Origin: Antedon mediterranea
Taxonomy: Eukaryota; Animalia; Echinodermata
Length of the DNA stretch: 64,000 nucleotides
Direction: 5' to 3'
Assembly (NCBI RefSeq): GCF_964355755.1
Contig: NC_092677.1
Coordinates: 24,353,175 to 24,417,174, forward strand
The notes beneath the pieces were generated by a model. The model did no database searches and had not been told where the DNA came from. It saw nothing but the letters and a program-made list of their open reading frames with translations. The translations under genes were made by a program, and so were the position numbers. Below are positions 1 to 12,100 of this stretch, one piece after another (within the stretch, counting starts at the first letter, position 1; every line of letters begins with the position of its first letter).

Positions 1-1409
1 GAATTTCTGATTAACTAGCTGTTTGTGGTGTGCGCGTCGTGAGAGCAGGGAGATGTAACTCTCTCCTGATGAGAGTAATTGATTGTAATCTATAAGTATT
101 GGTACTTAAAATAACTATTTAACCATTGATAATTCATTGTATATTATGAAGTTTGCAGTATTTATACAATGGAAAGAAGGCCAACACACACTGTATTCGG
201 GAAAAACCTGTCATAGGCGTCGTCAATTTGAATAATTATTGAGTGTTTTCCGTAATTTTCCCCACAAACCATAATTTTGTGTATAGTTTTGTATTTTGGT
301 GTAGTAGTACCCTATTTATCTTCATTTCCGTATACGTCCGTAATATTACGCCGGCAGCAGAGCAAATTTTGCTTCTTTCTGCAAATTTGCTATCATTATT
401 TTCTTTGTTTTATATTTATTATTTATTGTACAGTTTATAGTGGATAAATGAAAATGAATTTTGGAAATTGTGGTTTTAATTAACTGCTGACTTGTTTAGC
501 ATTTATTTCAAAATACAATTTAACGTTTTCGTCAATATTTATAGCAGCAGCTTCATATTATCATTATTTGATGATAATTAATTTACAATAATTAATAGTT
601 ATTAGAATTTATTACCGTACCAGAAGTACCTTCATCATTCGCATTAAATGCAAAAAATGTTATCGTATTTTTAGTCGCGTGTATTTAAAAATTTAGTGAG
701 GGGGGTCCGGACCCGGATCTTGATAGGCTTAGTCATAAAGTAGTTACAGAGTTGCAGGGCATTTTATCATTGTTAAATATTTTGTTGCTAGCTTTGTTAA
801 AATTAGTAAAAGAGGTAATGCTGGCGCCAATGAATTTAACGACCTTCACAACCAAAATATTTCTTTGTAAAAAAAATAATTTTAAATGGAACGCTACAAA
901 AATAATCCCCCGCTTCATCACTGCATGGATACCTAATAATCAGACTACAACATATGTTAAGTTACTATCAATACATTTTCATGCATTTTTCATTATAGTA
1001 TAATAATATAATTGTAATTGAATAGTGAGGGATTAGTTACAGTGTTGAATCCGAATAAACCATTGGTAAGCCTAACTTTTTTCAATTTAATAAAAATCCA
1101 AAATGAACTTGCTGTTATAATACAAACAAAATAATTCAAAGAAACGCTCTACTACACATTAGAAATAGATGTCTGTCAATAAACTTCTGACTACGACTAA
1201 AACAACGACAATCAGCTATACTAAATGTATTCATGATTTTATTTCATCTCTGACTTGATACACACTTCCTATCTGGGGTCGTGTATGTAGCCTACTACAT
1301 CAAATTACCCACTCCTAGCAGTGTTCATACTAGCGCTATCACAGATTACCTCTAATAGATCTAACATCCATTCACACATGAAATAAAAATTCATCGACAA
1401 ACGAAATAT

Positions 1410-1680
1410 AATAGCCTAGGCCTATTCATTCCTTTTATTAGGCATATTGCCGAAGTTGAGTGAGGCTGTGTGTGTTGTAGTAGTAGGCCTAGGCCTAGTA
1501 TCTATGTATTAATTAGACCTAGCCTATATTACTATAGTATTAGGGCAGGCTGGCCTAGGCTAGGCCTAGACTAGACAAGCTAGAGAGTAAGCCAGGCAGG
1601 CCTAGCTAGGCCTACCTAGGCCTAGCCTAAACTAGTTTAGGGCCTCTTGGTTGGCTAGTGATTCCCCTAGGGCTAGGCCC
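1410..1680. repeat. Low-complexity (TAGGCC/CTAG)-rich tract
   Basis: Dense TAGGCCTAG-type words; a similar tract lies at ~18215-18365 and ~18535-18550. Confidence 0.6.
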
Positions 1681-2488
1681 AGAATACATCACTTATAAAA
1701 ACAACATACCTACCTATATGTAGGCGTAACTATTTTCATTCTATAATTAATATTACAAAATACATTTTATTATCTCTCCGCGCGGCGGCCATCCCACTAC
1801 TATACTACGTGTACTCAAACGGAACCGCCCAGGAAAAACCCTAATTGTTGACAACAACAGATCGAGAGAGGGGGAGGGGGAGGGGGAGAGCAGCCACAAA
1901 TAAATTGAATGTCTAGGGCGCCACCATGCGGGTACGATGGATGAGTTTAAAAAAATGAAGACGCAACGTGTACGTCACGGCCAAGCCCACCACACGCCCA
2001 CAAAAAACAAAAGCGCGAAATATTTAGCGCCCTCTATTAATATGTTTATTATTAGAATACACATGAATGAGTAGGCATGTTTGATGTGATAAAAACTGAT
2101 GTTGAGGTTGTACGTTGCGTATTATTTAACAATCACAAGGAAGTAAAAACAATAAAATAAGGTAACCAAAACAGTACTGAAAAATTGGACAGTAAGTTAA
2201 CTAATAATAGAGCCTAGCAAGGCCTAATAATAATAGGCTGGTAGGTATAGATAGTAGCTTTGGCCAGGCCTGGTGTGTACAGTGTTACTGTTATAGGCAG
2301 TGTACTGTTAGTAAAACTAAAAGTGGTTCAGAAATTGTTAAAATTGGCCTACGCCTAGCTCTAACTCAAGAGGCCAAAACAATGTACAGGAAGTAAGTAT
2401 TCTCCACCCACACCAATCAATTTAAACATAACATATACAGTAAATATATCATGCTTTTTTCAGGTTTAATATTGTATAAACAAATTTA

Positions 2489-5400
2489 ATGGCAACAGCA
2501 CCTGTATTGATACTTGGTAAACACGAAAACACCACAACAAATGTGTTTACCTTAGCAGAAGTTGCTAACCACAGTGACTCCACATCCTGTTGGTTGGTTA
2601 TTGATAATTATGTCCTTGATGTAACACAATTTTTGTCAGAAGTAAGTATAATATTTATTTGTTGAGACTTTTTCTGATAAATGTTTGTTGCTACGGTCTA
2701 TGGAATTCAATTTGGCAATGGGTATGGAAGGCAATCACTGCCAAAAATACAATGAAAAACCTACAAACAATACAATGTATTTGCGAAAATATACAATTTA
2801 CTTTTTCTGCACATTCGTTTTTGCGACTACGCTGTCCATTTTTGTGTTTCTTTCGGAATACTGTATGTTGTACGTTTTTGTGCATGTCGTTTTGTTTTCC
2901 TTTTCTGCGAATACATTGTATGGGTCTGCGAGACGTACGTTGTACTGTACAACGCACATCTTGCAGAAACATACAACTTGTACATTTCTGCAAATACATT
3001 GTACGTTTCTGCAAGTATATTTTTCCGCGAATACGTTGTATATTTGCATAAATACATTGTATGTTTGTAATTGTATTTTTGGCAGTGATTGCTTTCCATA
3101 GATAAATAAATCACTTTTTTAAGTTTTACAGCTTAAATTTCATTTATTTTTTGACAGCATCCGGGTGGGAAGGAGATTATATTGGAACATGCTGGTAAGT
3201 TATTTGCAGTCTAGCTTTTAATTTTTATTGAACAGATATTATAATAATTTATATAAAAAAGTACTTGTACAATAAATGAACTTTGACCTTTGGAAAAAGC
3301 AAGAATCATGTATATTATATATAATATAAATAATTTTTGTGAATTTTAAATCTGTAATCTAAAACTCTATTTTGTGTAATACAGTAGTATGGTTTTTATA
3401 TTGTTTGAAGGTTTGCATGGCGAAATAAATTTTGCGGTACACCACATATACTGTATTTGTGTCCTAAAAAGAACTGTTGAGTTTCTTGACGTTTCGATCA
3501 AGATGCTTTGATCGTCCTCAGGAGTTGATTTGATTCTCACTCCTGAGGACGATCAAAGCATATTGATCGAAACGTCAAAAAACTCAACAGTTCTTTTCAA
3601 AACTAATATTTGTGGTGTACCGCAACCTTTATATCAACGTGTATGGTTTTTATTTGCAAGGTCTGGACGCAACAGGACCCTTCAAAACAAAAGGACATTC
3701 CTTAGAAGCAACCAAACTACTCGGAAAATATATAATTGGACAAGTAGTACCAGTAGGTATTTCAGAGCCTTCTTCCATGTAAATGACCACAAACATGATG
3801 GATAAAAATTTTTACAATTGTAGGTGTGCTACAGACTGCACTCCTCAATACATAGGTGTGCCATTTGTATTTTGGTGTGTAGAGGTTTACCAAATATAAG
3901 TGTGTTGTAAATCACAATAATCAAGGGCTGTTTAGGAGTGTGTTAGGTGAGTGATCGCATTCACTCACCATGAAGGAATTTTTTACCAAAAAGGTTTTTC
4001 TAATAAAATTTTAATTAATTCAATATTTTTTTAAATCACTGTCCAAAAATGAAATGTAGGTATAATGAAAATAAATATTTTTTTTTTTTTTTATTATTGG
4101 AAATAAAGATATTCTTTTAAAGGGCAAGTTTGGTATGTAACAAATTTATATAATATTGAATAAACATACAGATTTGTTTTAAAAGGAAAAACAAAAAAAA
4201 TTGATGTATATTGTGACAAGATAGAACACCTTGAAGAAAAAAACCAATTAAATATTTTTAACTTGGAAATAAAAAAGGCCGAGAAGCTAGGCCATTCAAA
4301 AAGGCAGTGCTCCAACTTTGGATGTGGAGTAGAACATTTAGAGACTTCAGGCACAGCAATTTCCAAATGCGTCGCATGGCAAAAATTATCAACAGATAAT
4401 TTAATGGAATGGTCCTTGACCACATATCTATCTGTACATTTTGGTAAAGATCTTGTAATTACTTTTTGAGTAATCCTGCTAACTAACAAACAGACAAATA
4501 AACGCGCGATCGATTACATATACCTCCTTGGCGGAGGTAAGACACAGAATCAAATGGCAGGGACACATAAAGGTGTATTACAAACAATAATGTTGTATGC
4601 TATACAAATAAAAAGCATTCCTGTATTATTATACTTTTATTACACTTGATATTGAGACTTATAAAGCCGTAGCTTGTGTATCCCTCGACATGTTTCTATA
4701 TATTATCTTGTCTTGTATATTTTAAATCCCATTCCCTACGTTTTTTAGATCTAATTTAAGTTCACATGTAAAAGTAAACACTATACCATAACTTTTTTTG
4801 TTTTTAAATGGTTAAAATGTGAAAAATTAGTAGATACTAATAATTTAAAGCGGCCCGCTATAAATCCCAACATGCATTGCATGTGGAATGATATCTTAAT
4901 TTTTCTTCTGTATTTTAACTACTTTCGATCGATCGTAAGGCCAAAACAAATAGAAGAATCGTAAGTTTTCCCCAATTTATATTACTGGAGTTTGGCAAAA
5001 ACAGAAAAGAAAATGAATGCAGAGACTAGTCAACTAGGCCTATAGCTAGCGTACAATGTTCGTATGTTACTGCTGTTTACCAGCTACAATGGGACTTTAA
5101 CTGCAATAAAAAAAAGCTGGATTTTCTTACCTTCATATCATTGTAATTAACTTATTATTATATAATAATGAAAACTACTGGTTGGGATTTTTATTATGAA
5201 TGCACTCTGTAGAAAGGCTGTACCAGATGGTAATCACATTTAATATTCAGCTTCTAGAGTGGTAAAACTGGTTTAAAGAACCAGCAAAAAATGGAGAAAA
5301 TAAATATTTCATTGAAAACATGATTTAAAGGGTAGAATTGGTTGATAATAAACCCAACCATCTTTTTTTATTTATTTACTTTTATTTTAAAAGCATCCAA

Positions 5401-5871
5401 CAGCGAGTAACTCACCAATTACAGGATGTATAAACTATTTTATCATTTATCGTGCTTATAAACCAAGTCTCATTTGAGGCTTAGGGAGTGGAATTGAAAG
5501 CATTGTGAGTTACAACCCTGGCACATAGATCAGGACTGGAATTGGGATTGGAAGGCAAACACGTTGACCACCAAGCTACAGCTCCCTCCACTACATTTTT
5601 AACATCAGTGAAGCACAATGGCCGTCATGCAATATATATTTATATTTTATATATTTATTTAATAAAAGCAAATGTATGAACTTATGACGAATTACATTTT
5701 ACTAAATGACAATTGTATCATCTTAAAAATTGAGAGCATTAATTGTACGCCAATGTTCGGTTGTGTAAATAGTTATATGTCACTGAAATGTGAGAAACTG
5801 TTTTTAATTTTCTTTTCAGTAACGTTGTGATTTGCTTTAATTTTTAGGAAGAACGAATTTACATTCCGTAA
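2489..5871 (+). CDS. Cytochrome b5 heme-binding domain protein, ~101 aa, no C-terminal membrane anchor. Coding exons 2489-2641, 3158-3194, 3661-3752, 5848-5871
   Basis: Manual splicing at GT-AG sites with consistent phases gives MATAPVLILGKHENTTTNVFTLAEVANHSDSTSCWLVIDNYVLDVTQFLSE|HPGGKEIILEHAG|LDATGPFKTKGHSLEATKLLGKYIIGQVVP|EERIYIP*. It has the cytochrome b5 motifs WLVI..V.DVT.FL..HPGG and the second heme His (GHS). The last exon is the least certain. Confidence 0.9.
2723..3100. mobile_element. MITE-like element in a cytochrome b5 intron
   Basis: ~30-bp terminal inverted repeats: TATGGAAGGCAATCACTGCCAAAAATACAAT at 2723 and ATTGTATTTTTGGCAGTGATTGCTTTCCATA ending at 3100. Internal short repeats (TACAATGTATTTGC and complement) explain the overlapping spurious ORFs. 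Confidence 0.75.
3432..3625. mobile_element. Fold-back (inverted) Penelope-like LTR fragment with a hammerhead-like motif in each arm
   Basis: Arms 3432-3525 and 3539-3625 are imperfect reverse complements. Each contains CTGAGGA-C-GATCAA-(6 nt)-TTGATC-GAAA-CGTC. Confidence 0.65.
3543..3576 (+). ncRNA. Minimal type I hammerhead ribozyme-like motif (mirror copy on - strand at 3488-3521)
   Basis: Core CUGAGGA, stem II GAUCAA/UUGAUC, GAAA, then CGUC, the layout known from Penelope-like element hammerheads. Stem I pairing is poor. Confidence 0.55.
4385..4540 (+). mobile_element. Non-autonomous Helentron/HINE-like element 3' fragment
   Basis: ACAAACAGACAAA microsatellite followed by the terminal hairpin ACCTCCTTGGCGGAGGTAA, typical of this element class. 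Assignment is from recall. Confidence 0.5.
5440..5592 (-). mobile_element. Degenerate tRNA-derived SINE fragment
   Basis: Minus strand begins GAGGGAGCTGTAGCTTGGTGGTCAACGTGTTTGCCTTCCAATCC (A-box-like, tRNA-like head). Confidence 0.4.
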
Positions 5872-6139
5872 ACAAACAAACCTCCAGCCATTGAGAAGAA
5901 GTTTGTAAAGATATATAAGTTGTAAAATAATAGGGACTGTGCATTATTTAATATTTTTTAGTGTATTACTATTAGAATAATGTGGATTCACCTTACTATA
6001 CTGTATAAACTTTGTAGGAAAATTATTTTTAGCATCATAGTGTAATGTTTCTAAACAATTTTTTGCCCAAAAGGCTTTCATACTGTATTGAAATTGATAC
6101 AAATTAGTGTCAATTTTGTTTGCAGTTCCCAATTGTACT

Positions 6140-6490
6140 AATCATGGCATGCGGTGTGATCATTGACACTATCATTACTTGCGATGTGATCATTGACAAT
6201 CATCGCATGCGATGTGATAATTGATACTCTATCATTGCTTGCGATGTGATCATTGACATTCATCGTATTCGGGTGATCATTTACTATTATCACATTTAGG
6301 TGGTCATTTACAATCGTCGCGAACGGTGTGATCATTAACATTATCGTTGCATGTGGTGTGATCAATGGACACTCTATCATCGCTTGCGATGTGGTCATTG
6401 ACAATCATTGCATGTTGTGTGAACATTTACAATCATTGCATGTTGTGTGATCATTGTAAATTGTTGCATGTGGCATGATCATTGACTAAT
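6140..6490. repeat. Degenerate minisatellite, ~28-32 bp unit
   Basis: About 12 copies of TGTGATCATTGACA(ATC/CTCT)ATCGCATGCGA-like units; explains ORF 6138..6404. Confidence 0.85.
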
Positions 6491-8033
6491 CACTATCATC
6501 AGATACGGGATAGGGACAAACATAATGAAATTTATAAACAAAAATTATATTCCAATCAAATTTAATTCCAGGGTGTATATATAATGCAATTAGTGTTTTA
6601 CATTGAAAATGTATTTATTTTGTTTTGTTTGCAAATGCAATGCAAAAAAAATAATGGTTTAAAAAAACCAAAGCCATTTCTAAAATATAATGGGTTTATT
6701 GTTGTACATGTATACAGTATAGGAGTTTAGTTTTAAAGTATTGTTTATATGTTGTGATAAATCATTTTTATTATTTCTGACATAAAATATGTTTATATTA
6801 ATTTTTATATTAAGAAATAACTATTTATTTTTAGATGACATGTGTTAATGTATAACAAAATAATTGTATAATAAAATAATTGTATAATAAATACCACAAT
6901 AAAAGAATTAAAATCAGTTAATATGACATGAATACTAAATAAATTTTGATATGATAAAATAATGTATTAAATATTCAATAATATAATGTTTTTTCAGAAC
7001 ACTGATATAATCAGGTAATTTTTTGTTGTAAATTTATAAAATATAAATAATATAATTTTTTCTAGTGCAGTATCAAAACTACAAGATATTGTTTTAAAAA
7101 GGCGCATTTGCACTGGATTTGTTTTTTTTACCAATCTGACCTGCTGCTCGGAAAAAGTTCAGTGCAACTGCTTTAATGGGTCTTTCACACCTGTGCCGGC
7201 ATGGTTCTGGTTTGGTTCGCTCCACACAGCCATGCGCTAATTGATATGCAAATAGCCGTGTGGAAACCATACATTGGAATAAAATTCAAGAGTTAATGTT
7301 TTTTTTTTAACAAACTGTTTTTTGAATGTTACAGTACTAAATGTGGTACTAAATGATATGCCAATGATTGCCTTAATATTCACTTACCATATTTAATGAA
7401 AAATCAAAATGTAAATTGTAGATATTTAGGGGGCTTTATTTAAATAAATACGGCATATCAATGTAAATGTAATATAATTATAATATCCTGGATTTATATG
7501 GCGCCTTATGTTGTGAAACCTCTAAGTGCTGAACATTATTACCCCAGTCAAACACGTATGGAAATATACTCCCATAATGCAGCTAGTAATCAGCGCAAAG
7601 CCTTGATCTAAACATGGTTCCCATTTATAACATAATACAGACATTGTAACCGTTGGAATTAGTTTTAATAAAGTATTTATACGTTTGTATTGAATTTGTT
7701 TGTATGTACTGTATTATGTATTTTATACTTTACCTGTAAATGTTACTGTTAATGAAAATAATTAAACTTAATTTAAACTTACATATATTGTTAATTGAAT
7801 ATCTTATAAAATAACTAGTAAACTGTTAATGCGGGATGTACAGTACATTTTGGAAAGACACTGTTATAAGAACTATAGTGTATTCAACATTAAAAGTGGA
7901 TGTTATAAAAACTGGTAAACTTGGGGGGGAAGTACATTAGTTTCATTCATGTTTCATTATATTATGTACTACACGCTGTACTATTTTTATTTATTACCTT
8001 AAAAAAAATTTAATTTAACAGACTGAAACCTAA

Positions 8034-8177
8034 AGCTTTGTCCACACTATCAAACTTTATGTGACAAAAAAATATATGGACATGATGTCATATCACTACT
8101 ATATTTGGGTATATCACTACCATATTTGGGCACATTACACTTTTTTTCCAAACTAGATTGATAGTGTAGACAGAGCT
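8034..8177. mobile_element. Short MITE, PIF/Harbinger-like
   Basis: TIRs AGCTTTGTCCACACTATCAA / TTGATAGTGTAGACAGAGCT flanked by TAA, with internal ATATCACTACCATATTTGGG repeats. Same family at 14174-14685; internal fragment at ~13718-13782. Confidence 0.7.
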
Positions 8178-8659
8178 TAAGATAAAATAGTTTTATTTAT
8201 ACTGGAAAATATTTGTTTTACTATTTATGGCACTTCAATTCAAAAAGTAATTAATAGTAATACGGATTGCATACAGTAATACACTATTTAATAGTGTATT
8301 ACTGTATGCAATCCGAGTTCATTATGCAGTAATTTATTTTCAGATTACCAATGTGATTGACTTAATAATAGTGAAAATTAGTGCAACGCAAATAAATTTC
8401 GCTGGTTTTTATTTACGTCATAGCGTAAATGCGAACATTTCCGAGTTTCTTCGCAAGTTGACAATAGCTATCTTTCATTTTCATGACGCTTCATTAAACT
8501 ACCTAACGAGTCAAAAACCAGAATGGCTCGAAAACTGTGTATTGTGAAAACTAAAGATAAAAAGTGTAATGTAATTAATTGAATCACAAACTCAAAAACG
8601 AAAAAATAAATAAAATATGTTTATTATCATATTTACAAGATTTATAACTGAAAATACTA

Positions 8660-9193
8660 CAGTCAACTCTCCTAATACCAGACACCCTTGGGCTGGTCGC
8701 ATTATTTTTTTTCCTATCCAATTAAGGCAGAAATCATGAATAATTCATTACGATAATTATGACATAATGTGGTACATTATAGAGGGCGCTATATAAGTAT
8801 GCAGAGAGATTAAATAATTTGTGTAAACAGCGTTTGCCAACCGAAATGTTTGGCTTTACCCTATTACACTGGAGCCCTCGGTTCGAGGTCTTTCAAGAAC
8901 ATGTTTTTTTTTAATAGCTGAGAGAGATTATTTAGAGGGTTTGTATAGTATAATTATTTAGGAAGTAGATCAGCTATCTTGCAATTCTTTATAATAGAAA
9001 ATAATGAAGGTAATGAATTATTCATGATATCTGCCTTAATTGGATAGGAAAAATAATAATACGGGTTGGTCTAATATATCTCATTTTCCTGGAAAGTCTG
9101 GTATTCAGAATGTGTTACTAATGTTTAGAATTTGGAACATTTTGAGAGAAAAATTTTTTTTTTTTTTTTTTCTGGTATTGGGAGAGTTGACTG
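8660..9193. mobile_element. Tc1/mariner-pogo (Tigger-like) MITE with a nested inverted-repeat element (~8702-9060), immediately 3' of the MPPE1 stop codon
   Basis: TA|CAGTCAACTCTCCTAATACCAGA ... TCTGGTATTGGGAGAGTTGACTG|TA. Inner ~45-bp inverted repeats TTTTCCTATCCAATTAAGGCAGAAATCATGAATAATTCATTAC / GTAATGAATTATTCATGATATCTGCCTTAATTGGATAGGAAAA. Confidence 0.75.
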
Positions 9194-9199
9194 TAGTTA

Positions 9200-12100
9200 T
9201 CATTTTTTATATTTTCTGAAACTTCTTGTAAAAAAATTATTTCTAGTATAAGCTATCCACAAAATAATACAAATACCACCAATGAAATACATTTGAATAA
9301 CACTCGACTCCTCTGGTAAAAAACACTTGGAGAATACATACTCGGAGCTGGTTATTGTCATCTGTTGGCAAAAAGAAAATTATCCAATCATAAAATGCAC
9401 AATTCTGAAAGATTTCTGTCCAAAAGGTCTTGCTATCCTACAATGGATTTGATAACCGATTGGTAAGTTAACACAATTGCTTTGATTTTTTTTTTTAAAT
9501 AAAAATTTACAAATTATGTCTCTATTACACTATAGTCTTAGTTAGATGCGACGGCTTTTCTCATTCTCCCAGATTTCCTCATCTCAATTCTCTATAAATT
9601 AAGTATTTTCCAGTATAATTCCAAAAAAATCTATAAATAACACCAGTGAAACTACAAGTTATCCACAATAACTGATTATGATTACCGTATATCCTCTGGT
9701 ATAATCCCACATCTCTAGAACACGAAGTTGGGCCAACTTTAAGGGGTGGGACTATACCCGGGGAATTCCTGGTTCAGGGAAAAAAACTATTTAAGTAGCA
9801 TTTCTTGTAACAAGGCCATATACTGTACATGGCTGCAGTCGTGTTTACCAACCGACTAAACACTCATATGAATTGGCTAGAGAGAGGCCACATCCAGGTC
9901 AATACTGGGACTACACCCGGGGATGTGCCTGTTTTCATGAAGTAGGAGGTGGGATTAGACCTGAAGTGGGATATACGTTTATTAACAAATCATCATTTTT
10001 GTACTGCCACCTACAAAATACACAAAAACAATCCCAAGTTACCTTACCATAATAAAGCTTGGGTTGTTACGATTGCGCCAAGAGAACGATGGAATGGAAA
10101 TTTCTGCCGTTTTTTCATTGTGCACCACATAGCAGCCATGATGGATGTGACCACTGAGAACAAGGCGAGGTTGAATATATGATAAAAGCTATCAAGTTAA
10201 AAAAAGCTATAATTGAGAAACATGAAATAGAAAAACTAAATCGGAGAAGAGAAATCCCCAGCTTTTCTCAACATCCTGTATCTGCACTTACACAGTGCAA
10301 TTGAAATTAAAGAATCGATCGATAGCAACTGTTGTTGAATATGGCATTAGTACTGAAAAGCCCAAAATGTTTGCACATCTTTTATTTTTGCGACTTTCAC
10401 GATGGAAGAATGATCGCGAAAATAAAGGGCCAACGATGTTGTTTACAGTCGATCAGAAAGTAAAAATTTATGCCCGCAAACATTTTGGGCTTTACACTTA
10501 GTATTTAATAAATTACCATATAGTTGGTTATAGTTATACTGTAGTGCATTCAAATCACAAGCACCAACTATAATTCTTTTAAAAATAGTACTGTATCTAA
10601 AAATCTTTTTTTTTCTAGGTCAAAAATTATGCGCCAACAGCACGCAACAAAAACTGACGAAACATACGCAATTTCTCTAAACAAATTACAGGTAATAATG
10701 TTGGAACATATGGGTTTTCTCAAGCAGGTTGTATAGCATACGCGGCATCCTATAACTCTAGTTTGTACGTACACCATATACTATAAGGAGCGTTTTGTAG
10801 GTATCCATTTTGCAATTGTGATGTATCGCGAAGTATGCCTACCCGTAGCGAGTCTCTTGAGTAGGCCTAGTATTTTTTTTCGAGGTTCGCATAACTTTTT
10901 ATGCCACAGAGTTGAGAGTGAGGAAAATTTAAAAAAAAGAGGAAAATACCAACCACATCACATAGGCTGGGGAAGGGGTCCCCATCGGTGCTATTGTAGT
11001 AGATTGCGATTTGAATTTTTAAATATAAGTGAGAATTTTTTTTATAGCAAACTATTGCCTTTGTTGGTGGCGCTATTTACTGTCTGTTTAATACACCCAC
11101 CCCCCTCCCTTTTGAAATAATACCAAGAGATTAAACATGTTTAAAACGCGGAGATTTCTCATCCTTGATGTTAGATCAAAATACTAGTGGCTGAATTATT
11201 TTTAATACTATGTTTACCTTATTTGAAGATTCCTTCGAAACTGTATCCCAATTCGGTTTGAATTCTTTGTATTTTTCTTCTGGTGGAGCAGAGTCTACTC
11301 CAGTACAATCTGCATCATTTTTACGAAACAATGGATAATGCTGCAAGAACAATTTTTTTATTTCGTTATAATTTTTTATATCAACAGAATCAACAGCAAG
11401 CATATGTCTTATCAATTACTGGATGGAACTAAGCACGTGCTTTCTAAACTAAATCTTGGAATCTAAGGAGTTCTGGTTATATTTACAGTGCAAAAACATT
11501 GTCTTGTTCAGTGGTTAGCAGCTATGAATGCTAACTGGCAAAACCAAGAGCATGCACAGGGCCCCTTAGGAGTGATAAACCAGGGCCCTTACAAATAATG
11601 AATGTTTATTAATTGAATGGGTAAAATATTTGCATGGACTGTTAACTCGTACAAGTTTTTTAAATAATATGAAAATCCCATTCAAACGCATGCTTGTTTA
11701 TAATGTGGCTCCCGTTAGTTTAAAGATGTATTGTCCCTTTGACTAATTAAAATTTTGAAAAAATATTTTATAAAAAAAGTGGGTCATTTTGAAGTATCCT
11801 AATAGTTATTAACTTTCACCAAAAATTTGTCGGAAAAAAAATCATTTAACTGAAATACAGACGTTTTTTTGTTCAAAAAATAACTTTGACTTCCAGTCAA
11901 AGTTTTCGATCAAAACATATCTCATAATGCAACGCGCTTGTTTGGCTACTCTGTATGCATAATCATAAAACTTCCTTGCGATCTGTGCGAGAAGACCTTC
12001 TCAACCGTGTTGAATTGTAAACAATCCTAATTAGCATCATGCATAATGCATACTCGTGGTTTGAAATCTTTCGCTCAACGATTTTCCAGACGAAATGTAA

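Noticed and set aside
1-1400. Short ORFs 243..440, 733..921, 752..1003
   Set aside because: Low-complexity AT-rich translations with no motif; I could not build an exon chain.
2659-3114. Five overlapping 83-138 aa ORFs
   Set aside because: They lie within a repeat-rich MITE inside a cytochrome b5 intron and have no recognisable domain.
6140-6490. CRISPR-like array
   Set aside because: Eukaryotic context, degenerate contiguous units, no unique spacers and no cas genes.
9610-9670. Possible duplicate of the last MPPE1 exon
   Set aside because: Only weak AT-rich resemblance to 9245-9290 and no supportable splice sites or frame.
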